A stretch of DNA of 45,322 nucleotides, from contig OZ237753.1 in assembly GCA_965178125.1 (NCBI GenBank), positions 1,054,001 to 1,099,322 of the forward strand, written 5' to 3'. Position numbers and translations under genes: made by a program. Below the pieces are notes generated by a model. It had not been told where the DNA came from. It worked only from the letters and a program-made list of their open reading frames with translations, and did not search any database. Origin of the DNA: Bilabrum cf. latius (Eukaryota). Below, piece after piece: positions 1 through 12,548 of the stretch; position 1 is the first letter of the stretch; every line of letters begins with the position of its first letter.

Positions 1-1119
1 GTGATCTCACGGGACGACAAGGACGAGAGCAAGTTCAAGCTGCTGGTGGAGGGCATCTCGCTGCTGCAGGTCATGGGCACGCCGGGCGTGGATGGCCTCA
101 GGACCATATCGAACCACATCATCGAGGTCAAGAACACGCTGGGGATCGAGGCGGCCCGGGGGCAGATCATGAAGGAACTGAACCGGACGTACGGGTCGTA
201 CGGCATCGGCATCGACCCGCGGCACCTCATGCTGCTGGCTGACGTGATGACCTACCGCGCCGAAGTCCTGGGCATCACGAGGTTCGGGATCGCACGTATG
301 AAGGAGAGCGTGCTGATGCTGGCCTCCTTCGAGAAGACCCCCGACCACCTTTTCGACGCCGCGCTGCACTCCAAGGTGGATCGCATCGCGGGTGTCTCCG
401 AGTGCATCGTCACCGGCAGGCCCTGCAACCTAGGCACGGGGGCATTCCGAATCCAGATGATGCCATCCGAACTGCCAACTGCCAAACAGCAGCGCAAGGC
501 GAGGGCGCAGCGCAAGCGAGACCGGTCGCAGATGGAGGCTACCCTCGGCGCCCAGCCGTGGAGGACCCCGGCGCCCCCTGCAGACGTGCAGATCTCAAGG
601 GTGTTGCCCGCGCCCCGGCCGCTCTTGCTCCAGCCAACTCGCGACTCGGCCCCGCTCGCCAGCGTGCGGGCGCAGCGGGAGCGGCTGCGCTCCGTGAGCA
701 CAGACCTGAGCGGCCGAGGGAGTCTCCGGGGGGTGTCGGCTGGGTCCGTGGAGGCAGTTCCGCTGCCGCTCTCCAGGAGAGATTCGGTGGTCTCTGCTGG
801 ATTCGGGGACCTGCCTACCGGACATGGGGGCAGCCCCCGACTTGGGTCGGCCTCGGATGCGGCTGCCAGTGGAGCCAGAGTCAGGGCGGGGGCGGGGGCG
901 GGGGCGGGGGCGGGTGAGGGTGGTGCAGCAGGAGGATCGTCTGAGGCGGAGGGAGGGAGGTCGCTGCGGCCCAGCAGACCGCGCCGGTCTCGGTCTGCTT
1001 CGCTGGCGGACTTTCCTCCTGTAAGCGAAGCCGCCACCCGAGAAGCAGCGGGCGCGCCTGGCAAGGACAAGGCCCTACTCAGCGCGTTCCCATCGGTTGC
1101 AGAGGAAGAGGACAGGTGA
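1..1119 (+). CDS. RPC1: RNA polymerase III largest subunit (RPC1), 3' part; gene begins upstream of the window; long low-complexity C-terminal tail
   Basis: Motifs [58 protein letters not shown] and GVSECIVTG are typical of the RPC1/POLR3A C-terminus; ends TGA at 1117-1119. Confidence 0.93.
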   Translation: MISRDDKDESKFKLLVEGISLLQVMGTPGVDGLRTISNHIIEVKNTLGIEAARGQIMKELNRTYGSYGIGIDPRHLMLLADVMTYRAEVLGITRFGIARMKESVLMLASFEKTPDHLFDAALHSKVDRIAGVSECIVTGRPCNLGTGAFRIQMMPSELPTAKQQRKARAQRKRDRSQMEATLGAQPWRTPAPPADVQISRVLPAPRPLLLQPTRDSAPLASVRAQRERLRSVSTDLSGRGSLRGVSAGSVEAVPLPLSRRDSVVSAGFGDLPTGHGGSPRLGSASDAAASGARVRAGAGAGAGAGEGGAAGGSSEAEGGRSLRPSRPRRSRSASLADFPPVSEAATREAAGAPGKDKALLSAFPSVAEEEDR

Positions 1120-1370
1120 TGGTTTGGGCGGATGGCAACGCAAATTTTGTTGCATTGAATAAATCCAAGGTGTTCAGTTATGAGGTGCGATTTGTCTGTC
1201 GTGGTGGTTTGGTGATGGCATGGTCTGGAGCATCGACTCGAAGTCGCCGGCCCGAGCCGCGGCGGACTCGGAGCCGAGCGCGGCAATCAAGATCAAGATT
1301 CGTTCGTTCGTTCGCGGTACCCGCTTCAGATTGATCACCTTGGCCTAGGTTTGGGCATGATTCAAACACA

Positions 1371-2813
1371 ATGAAGATCACTATACGGCCATTTCTAGCG
1401 ACTGGTACCGCGCCAGCAGTATCGCTGGACGTTGATAGGCTCTCCACGACAGAAGACTTGCTTGTCGCTCTAGAGCGAAAGATCGGCATCTCCCGATGCC
1501 AAGGGCAATTAAAGACAGCAGAGGGCATGTTGATGCTTCCCGGCTCAACATGCGAACACTGCTGTCTCTCCAAAGGGGGTGAGCTGCAGGTCTCGCTGCG
1601 GTGTCCGTCGTTGCGTTCATCAGACCTGTCTCGGTAGCTTGTTGAGGTCACGCCGGTGCACTTGTCCAAACATGTTGATCCCGATTTGAAGCACGGTGTT
1701 AGGCTATCGCTAGGCTCCACCATACGGCCAGCCGACGGCTTACTATCCTGCCTCGGAGGCAAGGCGAGTGCTGCGCCGAACCCCACTGCCAGTGGCAGCA
1801 AGCTCCGACTCGTGCACTGCCCTGCAGGAGGGATGCCCCGCGAGGTGGAGTGCTCTTTGTCGTATGACAAGTTCTCGCGCACCATTGTGCTAAGACCCAC
1901 CTCGGCGCTCTCTTCGTTCCAGCGGTATCGTGTGCAAGCTATGGAAGGGGCCTTCGCTCGGATCCCGCAGGCAGGTCGAAGGCGAGGCGGGGTCGCTCCA
2001 GGCAAGTCAGCAGGCACTGCCTACTGGTGGTCGGATTTCTAGACTTGTGGACCCCCCTTGCACTGCCATATGATGGTGCCCACAGCGTGTGCAGGAGGCG
2101 AAGGCAGCCTCAAGGCAGTCCCCATGGACCTCTCACACGGGATCCGCACCCTGCCAGAGTTCAAGAGGGTCGTGGTCCGCAGGTACGTGCAGCACCTGCG
2201 AAGGGTCTTGCCTGGATACCTCAGGCAGGGCGTCCTACCGCCCGGTTGCAACGCTGCCCGAGGGAAGCTCGCTTCCTTGCTGGCCCACGCGAGATCGACG
2301 CTGCCGGTGCTTTCTATCGACAGTGGCAGTAGCCGCGATGGTGCTCATGAAAGCCGCACCCCGGACATGCCGGACGCAGGGCTAGAGAGGGGTGAAGATG
2401 CACCAGGCAGGCAATTGAGCTGTGATTATGCAGCAGGGATTGCAGCTTCTAGTGCTAAATCTAGCAGAAGGGCAAAACTGCCAGCAGATGTCCCAATGGA
2501 AAGGGGGTCCAAAGAGCCCACAGATCGACCAGCGGCAGGGGTGACAAGATCTAGCACACTAAAGCACGCTAGGACGACCGGATGCATGACAAAGATTGCT
2601 TCCGAGTGTGCGGCTCCCGTCCTCCCGTCGGCAACCGCTGCTGTCTCGCTGGGCATGCCAACGCCAGACTGCTGCACAGTGCTGGTAGGCGAGTCCACGT
2701 CCACGCCACGAACTTCTCGAGCAAAACTGTACTCCGCTAAGGCTGCCATGCAGCTGGTGAGTGGTCGTGTTGTGTTTGTTGAACATCCGCGATGGCCAGA
2801 CGGTTCGGCTTGA
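1371..2813 (+). CDS. Hypothetical protein, possibly with a ubiquitin-like N-terminus; might be spliced to the downstream TTL ORF
   Basis: Track ORFs 1371-1637, 1656-2042 and 2058-2813 share one frame and are separated only by TAG (1635, 2040); ends TGA. Confidence 0.55.
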
Positions 2814-5164
2814 ATGGCGAGACTGAGCCCGGCTTGATCCAGGATTTACTAGTACAGGTCCATGCTGAGCTTTCTGTGGTGACTGCCAGTGATTGCAGCA
2901 GCACCGCCGGCGTGACGGCATGTCCGGTGCAGTTCCGGTTTACGAGCGCACCTAGGCCTACCGTGCTGCAGCGAATCAGGTCAGCTTTTCGAACCATTAT
3001 GGATACCGAGGAAGCTTCAAATCTTCGACATTTGGGTGGTTATGTCCGGAGCCCCATGCCACTCCACATGGAGCGCCACACTGAAGAAATGAAGTCGCGG
3101 CATCTATATCGAACCCTGCCTGCGGATGACGGATGCTTCCTTCAAATTGCCCCGCAGAGGCATGTCCGCACATCAAGAATGATAGAATAGAGTTGCTTAG
3201 GCAGCACTCTGCTCGGTCATGGTGTAATTTCAAATAAAGCTCGACTATAGCAGCTTCTCTGCACTCGCGAAATTGAAAAAAAGAAACTAGATGCTGTCCT
3301 GCAAATCGGCTCAGTGAAGCGCAAATTTGGGAGAATTGTGGCGAGTGATCATGATGGTCAATATGATATAGCAATTCATTCCGCAATGCCAGGTGAACTG
3401 TTGAAACTTGCTAGTGGTGTTGTCGAACAAGAACCAATTACGTTCAAGTGCAAGTCGGGTTCTGACAATACCCCGGAAGCCACATTTCGCGATATATAGG
3501 GGGCACTGCAGCGCATGAAAGAAGTGGAAAGAGTGTTGGCACGGCCCGTTTCATGGATCTGCAAGCATGCGCGTCAAAATAACGCATTTGCAGTTCGGTT
3601 GCTGCCGCGAGCCGCGAGCCACCCATCGTGTTTGTCCGACTTGTGTGATGCTGTAGGGGTAGTGCCACAGCTTCTATCTGCTAGTACTGATGCGGTATCA
3701 GGCGGAATTGCTGATGCTGGCGGGGTCCTGCAGTGCAGTAGCGCACCAACGGTTGAGTAGGCTGCAGCGCCGGGAGCCGCCGGGGGACGCGCAGGTTCGG
3801 CTCGCAGCAGCACTCGTCATGCAACGCAGTCAGTACCAGACGAATGGATTGTAGAGCCATACCTGGACCGTCCAATGCTATTGCAGTTTCATACAAGCAG
3901 TCCTGGGTCGACAAAGAGCTCTAAGACTCACCCGATAGCTGCAGCCTCGCACAGCCCACTGCGAAGCGCAGAAGCGGCTATCGGAACCAAGGAGGGATCC
4001 ATTTTGCCGGCCTGCAAGTTCACAATCAGGGTGAACGTCATGGTGGTGGGTCGCACCGCCGTGCTGGTCCACGGCGAGCCCATCCTGCATTGCGCCACGC
4101 AGGCATACCGGGAGCCGGACCCGAACCCTCGTTCGATGACAGGGGGCGAGGCCGATAGCGCCGGTGATACTGCTGCAAAACCAGCCCATAGGACAACAAC
4201 AGCGAGGCGAGCACACATTACGAACCACAGTGAGCGGCATGGAGACGCGAAGTACAACAGGCTGCAGCACACCCAGAGCCTAGGGGAGGCCATCCGAAGG
4301 GCAAGGCTTGGCCAGATGCGCCTGTGCGATCACAGCGGCAAAGCCATTTCGCCTGATGGTCTGCTGTGGAAAGACAGCTTGTCAGTCTCGCGATCTGGGG
4401 TAGAGGGTGTTGCTGAGAGACGCGAACACGGCGGCGGGTGCGGAGCTGGGCCACTAGCGGCAAAGCGATCAATAAGCAAGGAAGTCCTGGAATGTCCCCT
4501 GTTCTTGGAAATTTGCTTGTGTGCGCAAGAAGTAATGAACGCTGCAATGTACAGGGGTCTGCCTAAGGGCGGCCGCTTGATGCCGTGCCCCTCTGGCTTC
4601 GAGGTGTTCGGTCTCGATTTCCTCCTGCAGAGCGACCTTCCAGAGCAGGCTCCTTCCCGCAGTTGCCCAGCCTCCACGTTCATAACCCCTCCTTGGCGAA
4701 TCGCGTTACTGGAGTGCAACGAAGGGCCCGCTTTAGGTGCGCTAGCTAGGCCTGATCTGTGCAAGGCTATCATCAGCGACATGTGGGTTGCCTGCGTGGA
4801 TCCAGTGTTGGCTGCAGCGGTTCATCTCGCTCGGGTGGTGGAGACCAAGGACTCCGATGCCGACATCCACGTCAAAGTTGCAGCTAGTTCGGCCGAGCCG
4901 ATGCCTGCAGCAGCTGCGAGCAAAACGAAGAGCGAGACTAGTGCACGGCTCGAGCAGAGCACGCCTGCGGCGCGTGCGCTTGCAGAGCATTGCCCCGAGG
5001 TCTACGGAACCCTAGAGGATGGGTAGGGCTGGCCTGCACCAGTTCGAGGGACTGCTTTCTGTGTGGTATCGAGGGAATACGGTTCAGTGCCCTCGCGGCT
5101 GGCTCTGTGCGCAGCAACGATCATGCGAGCGCGCGAGGCAGCCGATGCTGCTGACTCAGATTGA
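2792..5164 (+). CDS. Tubulin-tyrosine ligase (TTL/TTLL) family ATP-grasp protein; start uncertain
   Basis: One frame through TAGs at 3188, 3248, 3497, 3758 and 5024 to TGA 5162-5164; motifs ISNKARL, WIVEPYLDRPMLL, KFTIRVNVMV, HITNHS, FEVFGLDFLL, LLECNEGP. Confidence 0.8.
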
Positions 5165-5330
5165 CGCCTGGAGTGTACGTGCGCAACTGCACACAGAGTA
5201 TGGCTGAGCATCGTATTACGATCAATCAAAGGATGAAGCTACCACCCCCCACACAGACTCGATTGATCTGCCGCGGGGCACCCTGCGGCACGAATCGGCG
5301 GGCCCGTTTCAGAAAGACCCCTCCTTAAGT

Positions 5331-7283
5331 TTAATCCCAGCCCTTCAACCATCGCCGCCTCGCGTGGTCATCGTGACTTGCCTCGAGGCAGTACACCCAA
5401 GGCGCGAAGTGCAGCCAAACGAGAAGGACGCCCAAGGTGAGATACTTGGTGACCCGCGGCGCGAACTGGTTGCACAACCGATCCACAAGAACCCCGAAGA
5501 TAAGCTCGCCGTAAAGGAGAGCAGGCATGTAGTGGTAGATGAATGCCGAACGGCTCACCAGGATGTACGGGAGGAGGTTGCACAGGTACACCAGGCACAG
5601 GTAGGTGACTATGCGCATGGTGGCTCCCCAGGAGCGAGGCAGGCGCAGCTCGGAGTCATGGCGGTATCGGCAGTACACGAACGCGAACCCGAACGCCACA
5701 CACACTCCGACTAGGATGAGCCAGATAACAGCAGGGTTTCCCAGCAGGTACACGAGCCGCTGCGTCTTCTTCACGCGGTCGACGTCCTCTGAAAAGTAGA
5801 GCAAGCCCCTCAGGTTGAGGGGCCAGGACCACCACTTGCTCATCCAGTGGTGAGGGGTGTCGATGCGGGCGTTCGCAGACAGCATCTCGTTGTTGAGCTG
5901 CCAGAAACTCGTCAAGAACCCCTGCTTGGGTGCATTGGCGTCGTAGTACTGGTTCCCCTCGAGGTTGCGCTGGAACTCGATCCTCATGAAGCCGTCGCCG
6001 TCGCCCGACAGGGGGAGAAGTTTGAAATGCCACCAGAACCAGTACGTGTAGATGGCGATGGCGCTCATGCCCATGACCAGCAGGTCAAGCAAGGCCACTG
6101 CCTCGCGCAGGAAGTACAGGCCGAACGCACACTCGAGCGCGATCATCCCGGGCGTTGCCAGCGCAGTCCACTTGATGCTCACCGCGCACCCGCACGCCAA
6201 GCCGAGCACCACTGCCCAGCGCATCCGCTCCCAGAACGACATGGTGCGCAGGGGAGCCGTGCTCCCTGCGTTGTCGACGATCTCACTCGCCACCTTGGTC
6301 TCGGAAGCGGCCAGCGGGTTCTTGAAGGTGCACGTTGCCCGCCAGCCAAGAGACCCGTACCCAGCCTGCGAGAGGCCCTTGCAGCGCTCATTGTCGTACT
6401 CGTCGAACACAAGGTCGTATTTGCTCAGCAGCGGCACCACCACGCGGTCCGCCATCGCAGAGGCGAGCTGAGCGGAGCCCGAGTTGCGGCCGCCATCCTT
6501 GTTGACAGCCGAGCTGACCTCGGCTTGCAACTTCTTCTGCCGCACCTCTGTCAGCTGCAGCAACTTGGCATCCTCGTGCTCGCGGCGACGCTAGAAATAG
6601 CACAGACCAATCCAGAGCGACAACACCGAGTAGAAGATCAGCTGGGAGTCCACCAGGATCAAGCGGCTCTCGATCAGATTCAAGTTGTCGAGGAGGAAAA
6701 AGGTTGTGACAAGAATGCTTGCCCAAACTGAGCAGCCCAGCCGCCGCGCAACGGAGTAAATAAAAGGCACAGTTGCGCAGCCAAATGATGCAGCCGCTAC
6801 TCGCAGTGGCATGAACTTGCAATCCGGGCCGTACTTGTAGTGAATGTGATCGTACCCGCATTTCTCAGCATCGTAACCCACAAGCCACCCCGCAAAGAGC
6901 AGGGTCAGCTTTCCTGCGATACAACATGAAAACATGAAACATACAATATTCACAGTCGCAATTTCTGACCGACTCCGGCAAAAGTTGCGAAGCTACAGCT
7001 GCACAGCTTGAAACTGCCGCTGCATCTCACCAAGAGGCGGGTGAATATCGAACAAGTACTTGCCCCGCATGTACTTCTGCACAAAATTTCCAAAATGGAA
7101 TTCATCAAATACAACAGCTGGGGGCTCCCTCAGCCTCCAAAAGCGCGTCGCCACCCCCAGGATGAACAGGATGAGCGGGGCCACGAACTCTGGCAGCCCA
7201 AAAACCGAGTTTTGGGGCAGTTCTTTGCGCTGGGCCCGAGCTTTGGCATTTTTATCGTCTGGGTCATAACCAGAGGGGGGCAT
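5331..7283 (-). CDS. PMT: Dolichyl-phosphate-mannose:protein O-mannosyltransferase (PMT, GT39), lacking the MIR domain; intron 6914-7030
   Basis: VVFDEFHFGNF, FDIHPPLG|KL across a GT-AG intron, ESRLILVDSQLIF, GLACGCAVSIKW, YLLGNP, FIYHYMPAL; in-frame TAG at 6591-6593; ends ...WLKGWD-TAA; start at 7283 is the most upstream in-frame ATG seen. Confidence 0.9.
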
Positions 7284-7424
7284 GGCGAGCTCAGTGCACC
7301 AGTCCAACCTGTCGTTCGCGCCTGCGATCCCTATTACAGACTGCCCTTTGATTAAATCTGCACGTTATTTGAAACCCAAAAATTCAACCGCATGAATAAA
7401 ACTGTAGATCACGGGCGTGCTAAG

Positions 7425-10400
7425 ATGTCCGGCAAGCGTCAGAGGCCCGAGAACATGAAAAGTACAGAATAGGTCTAGAAACGCCGGGTAGTATCCCTTA
7501 AATCAGGTGGAATGTAGCAGGAACCTGTGACAAGCCTTGCTTCTGTGAGTAGGAGCTGATAATCTCCCCTCCCAAATGAATTAGCGGGCCTCATGAAGTA
7601 ATGTTTCAGCATGATTGTTGTATCATATCGCAGGCCGATCCGTAGTCCTCCGCGTACGCCATGGCACAAAATCGAGCACTCTTTAGCGCAATTCATATGC
7701 ATAGGCTGGCAGCCGAAAGGTCGGGCCGAAGAGAAACCTGGTGGAAGCAAGTTTCTTGGAAGCTACTCAGCATTCTTGCGACCCAGACTGCCGTGCTAGA
7801 ATACGTGAGACTGAACCCATGTGACGGTCAACGATTTCCGGCTACACTTATGCAATTGCTCGCAAACAAGGAGCTTCAAGCGTCTCAATGTCCGCGCAGG
7901 TTAAGGGGGTTACGAGAGGTTCTGCTCGCCGTGCTGCAGGGCGTAGGTTACCGATACCGTCTAGCGGTGGAAGTGCAGCTATGCTCCAGAGCATCCTGCA
8001 AAGCTCACTCGGCCAAGGCCCGCCGCATGCTGCGCCTCTGCAGGTTCACGATATCGCGTCATCCATGATTCAGGACTAGGGTACAGGAAACTCCTCCAGC
8101 AGCAGTGGCGCAGCGGCATCCTCTGCGCAAGCAGACGTCGCGGAGCCGATGCAAGCTGTTCTGGAGGGCGTTTCGGCAGAAAGCGCCAGTCCTGCTGATC
8201 AGGATGAAGACGACGCCAAGATTAGCGCTGAATCCTTCGATAAACAAAGCGCTTCAAATGGTGGCTCTGACCCATTCCTGTGGCTTCGCAAGGACGACCA
8301 GATCGGCAAGCTGGGCCGCGCCCTGCAGCGCAGACTCAGGCGCATGGGGAGGCGCACGCCTGCAGGCGAGGGGCCGGGAGTCGCGGTCAGTGCGGTCCTG
8401 CACGCGGGCGCGAGTACAGCTGCCGAGTTGCTGGGCGTATCAGAGCTTGCTGGCGGCGGCAGCGCGTCGAACTCGGCCACCTCGACTAGCAGCGGTTCCG
8501 GTGCAGGGGAGGGAGCCGGCCATGCATTCGATGCAGCTCTAACGCGCTAGGCAGTGGCGGGGCTTTGCCTCAGCGCCGCCTCCCTAGCCCATGAGCTGGA
8601 GGGGGAGCGAGCTGCGAGGGCCGCCCTGGAGCGAGCCCTGGACCGAATCGAGTATGACCAGCCTGGCGTGTCGGTGGCTGCTGCCTCCATCGCACCGCCT
8701 CGCGAGTGGAACAATACTGGCAAGGTGCCCCGGCAGCTCGAAATAGAGCGAATTGAGGCAGCCCGTAAGGCTATCGTCGCGTCGGATTCCGGTAGCGCGG
8801 GCGAAGAGCCGCAAGTAGCCACCGGTGCCGGACAGTCCGGGGCGCAAGATCCGCAAGCGCTTGCCCGGGATGATGAAGCTGACCCGACCGAGATGCGCGA
8901 GCTGCGATAGTCTGTCTAGGAGCACGAGGCTGAGTCTTTGCGTTTGAAAGAGGAAATTGAGGAGTTGCGCCGCCAAGTGACAACTGGGGAGGAGCGCGTG
9001 ATTGAGCTATAGGAGGACGCGGCTCTGCAGAAGTAGCTGGCCGATGGTCGGCTGCAGGAGAGTCGTGACTTGCGAGATAGGTTGCGGGGTCTGGAGGAGG
9101 AGCTCCGGAAGCTGCGGGTCGTGGAGGTTCCCGAGACCGCCGTCCGGTCCCATCCACTGTTCAAGGCTGATGCCCTCAAGCTGGCCGAATCGCAGTCGTA
9201 GCTTAAGTCAGTCCGCGCCAGTCACGCTGCCCTCTCCCAGCAGCTCGAAGATTGGAACCGCGCGTCTGGTTCACTGCTCTAGCAGGTGCAGGATGGCCTT
9301 GCTTCCCATGACTCCAAGCTGCAGGAAGCATTGCAGTCCCTGCAAGCGCAAGTATCCGGCCTGCAGCGGGAGCGAGCAGTAGCCCAATCGCGCGTTGCAG
9401 AGCTTGAGGCGTAGTTGTAGACCGCCTCGCAGTCCATCGCACTGGCAGAGAAACGGTCGAATGCGTGCAAGCAGGTGCAGGATAGAGCTATAGATGTGGC
9501 AGGAAGGTTGCAGACAATGATGCAACGGCTGCGAGAGCCGCAAGAGGTGCTCCGAAAGCAGCTGGCAGAAGCTCTCGAGAAGCAGCCAGAAGGCGGGACA
9601 GATGCCACTGCAGCAGGAGCTCCTGCTGAATCGCCAGCAATGCAGGCAGTTCGGGGGGAGTTGGGTGCTGCTTAGGCGAACGTGGAGGCGCTCACCGAGA
9701 TGATCGAATCCACCCAGCAAGACTACATCAATGTCGAGACACAGTGCTCTGCATTGCGGAAGCAGCTCACCGAGGAGCAGGGGCGGCGGGCCGCGCTCCA
9801 GAAAATTGCTGCCGTCGCTTCGCAAGAGGCCAAGCAAGCCAAGGACGCGCTTGAGGCGCAAGAAATGGAGAACGGCTAGGTGCGAGGGGCGTTGTAGCAG
9901 GCCGATGCGGCCGTTCAGGCGGCTGCTAGGACTGCAAGCGAGGCACAGCAGCTGGCTCGTGCCGAGGCGGCAGGAAGAGCAGCTCTTGCCTCGGAGTTAG
10001 ACGGGGCAAGAGAAGCCATCAAATCCCTGCAGAGAATAGCTCAGTCGGCTGGTTCACACTCAGCTAAGCCGGATAGCAAAAGTCACGGGTCTGCGCCCCA
10101 GGCAGAGCTGCGGGAGAAGCTTGTGGCCGCGTGCAAGGCAGAAAAGCATGCCAGGGATGCACGCGATGCCGCAGATGCGAGCACCTCAAAGCTGAGAGAG
10201 CAAGCCAAGCGCGATGCTGCTGCTAGTCGCAAGGAAATCCGTCGATTGCAGAAGGCCAATGAGCGCCTAGCTGCTGCCGCCGCTGCCAGTCGCGGCAAGA
10301 GCGCAGGCAGCGGCAGTGCAGGGGCGGCCTCGGGCGGGGCATCCGACGAAGCTCGGGCTAGGCTGCTTGCCAAGTACAAGCGGGTGCTCCGGTGCCCGGT

Positions 10401-10572
10401 CCGCACCGACCGCTTCAAGGACGCGGTGCTGTCGACTTGCTGGCACTGCTTCAGCGAGGAGGCGCTACAGGACCTAATCAAGCAACGCAAGCGCAGCTGC
10501 CCGTCTTGTGGGAAGCGCTTTGGTGCAGGGGATGTGCACAAGATCTTCATGACCGAGGCTGATGTGTCGTGA
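7425..10572 (+). CDS. BRE1: BRE1/RNF20-like coiled-coil E3 ubiquitin ligase with C-terminal RING; introns 7545-7633 and 7805-7899
   Basis: Long coiled-coil frame with 17 in-frame TAG and no TAA/TGA until TGA 10570; C-terminal LRCPV..KDAVLSTCWHCF..KRSCPSCGKRFGAGDVHKIFM matches the BRE1 RING pattern; introns are phase-compatible GTGAG...CAG. Confidence 0.8.
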
Positions 10573-10648
10573 TACCGGTGCCTATACATAATCTCGCATC
10601 CCAAACCATTCGGAATGAACCCTTCACCACAGCAAAAACGTAGGATGC

Positions 10649-11950
10649 TCACATGAAGCCATCGTCAGACCCAGCATCACCGCCACAAGCCTCACCGTCT
10701 GACTCGCTGCTGATGTCACCGAACTCTGCGCCCACGTCGGCAGTCAAGGCAACGGCAGGTGCCTGTGATGTCTTCGCGGCTGGCTTGCCTCCTTCTGAGT
10801 CGCTCCCAAACAGGCTGTCTTCGTCGTCTCCTTTCTTCGTCGAAGCACTACTGATGGCTTGGCCCGCACGAGTCGTCTCGACCTTTGACGCTGGGTCTGC
10901 CTTCGAGGCAGCAGTTGATCCCTTCTTGCCGCTTGCCGCCTTACCTCGCCGCTGGCGGTCCTATTTCTTGTCTTTCTTGCCGGCTTTTCCCGCCCCGTCC
11001 GACTTTTTCCCTGCCTTTCTCCTCTCGCGCCTGTCTCTGGCCCTCGCCCTGCGCTCCTCTTTGGACAGGCTCGACGTGCCCACGGCTGCCACATGGCCAC
11101 TAGACCCCGACCCTGCCCCACCAGCTGCTGCGCCACCAGCTGCGGCAGATTCCGCTTCATCAATGCTGCCCACACCCTTCTCGTGCCCCGCCATGATCTC
11201 GTCCTCGTCGAACAGGCCGTCGAAGCTGTGCAGCTTGGCGAGCCTCTCCCGCTCTTCCTACTCGGCTCGAGCAGCCTCTAGCGCACTCTTACGCTCTTGC
11301 TTGGATAGCTTGCGCTCACGGTCGTCGCGTTCAATTCGTAGCTTGCGATAGTCGGGAGTTTCGTCGCCGGATTTGGTCCTCAAGATTCGCCGGAGCACCG
11401 CCTTGTCCTTGCTCACTGTCCTGTACGTGCATTTGCGCATGTCGTGGAACCCAATCGTCCCAACATCCATAGATGTCTTGTCTTTGCGTAAGTTCTCCCA
11501 AGGTGTAAATACTACTTTTACTGACCCCTGCTTGCACCCCTCGATCGAGTTCTCCTTGACAAGCTGGCAGCACTCTTCCATTGATGCCTCTGGCACATCA
11601 ACCAATGTCTCTCCCTGTGGCGCTAGCAACGACGTGCAGGGAAATTTAGTGGCATACATAACATGTCACGTTACGGCAGGGACGGCAAAGCCAATGGCAC
11701 TTACTCGATTTAGCCGAATGTACACGTGAGCGGAAGACAAATTATCTACGTGGAACCAGTAATCTTCTGGCCACCCGTTCTCGATAAGCAACTCATTCTC
11801 GAACTTGTCCCGTCCCATGTACACAACATACCCGTCTGTGATAACCACGAAAGGGGGTTCTACAATCCAGTAATCACTTGCGCAGAGTCTTGCAAGAGAA
11901 GTGATAGGTCAAACATGATAATACTCACCCGATGTCTTGAACCAAAACAT
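10649..11950 (-). CDS. CCDC25: CCDC25/Jlp2-like NFACT-R (DUF814) protein; introns 11836-11928 and 11615-11704
   Basis: [80 protein letters not shown]; the family-type DDGFM-TGA terminus is reached only through TAGs at 11258 and 10961. Confidence 0.9.
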
Positions 11951-12026
11951 TCGCACTGATTGATATCGTTCAGACCAGACTCAATAGCCTATACTTGGTG
12001 TAGTCAATAAACATTGACCAAAAAAA

Positions 12027-12446
12027 ATGGTGGTGGAAGATGCAGCGCACTGCAGCACTGCTGGCAGTACGGCACAGCCTTTTCGCCACGATTCTCACGT
12101 TGCTAGAATGGATGCAGATAGCAAGGCTTCTACTGAACTCATGCAGAGATTTTTGCGGGCGGTACAGGCTTAGAATGCGATTTTTGCGCTCCCACTTGCC
12201 GAGGAGATCCTCAAGCTCGAGCCAAAGAATGAGGTCGTACTGAAATCAATAGACATGATTCGCGAGCAGTATGCATCAGACATGGAAAAACTAGGCTCTG
12301 AACGCAAACGATCAGACTCGCGCTCTTCGGAGAGTGGCAATGGTGCAGCAGGGAGCGGTGGTGATAGAAGCGGCAGCGAAAGCAGTAGTGATAGTGACGT
12401 TGAATCCAGCAACGTGGCCGCTGGACAAATGCAAAAAACGTCCTAA
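12027..12446 (+). CDS. Small TPR-like helical protein with a Ser/acidic tail, resembling ERICH2 (glutamate-rich 2)
   Basis: ELMQRFLRAVQA-TAG-NAIFALPLAEEILKLEPKNEVVLKSIDMI; one TAG at 12171; ends TAA 12444-12446; family call is from recalled similarity only. Confidence 0.55.
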
Positions 12447-12548
12447 ATGTATTCAATTTCATCAGTCCTAGCAGTCTTGCCTGCTCTGGCAGGACTCGAT
12501 ATTCGCCGGCGGTTATTGACACGTTGTCCCGCCGAGTTAAGCTAAGTC

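Noticed and set aside
2757-2799. Intron GTGAGT...CAG fusing the 1371 ORF to the TTL ORF
   Set aside because: Not phase-compatible and shorter than the other introns; fusion left unresolved
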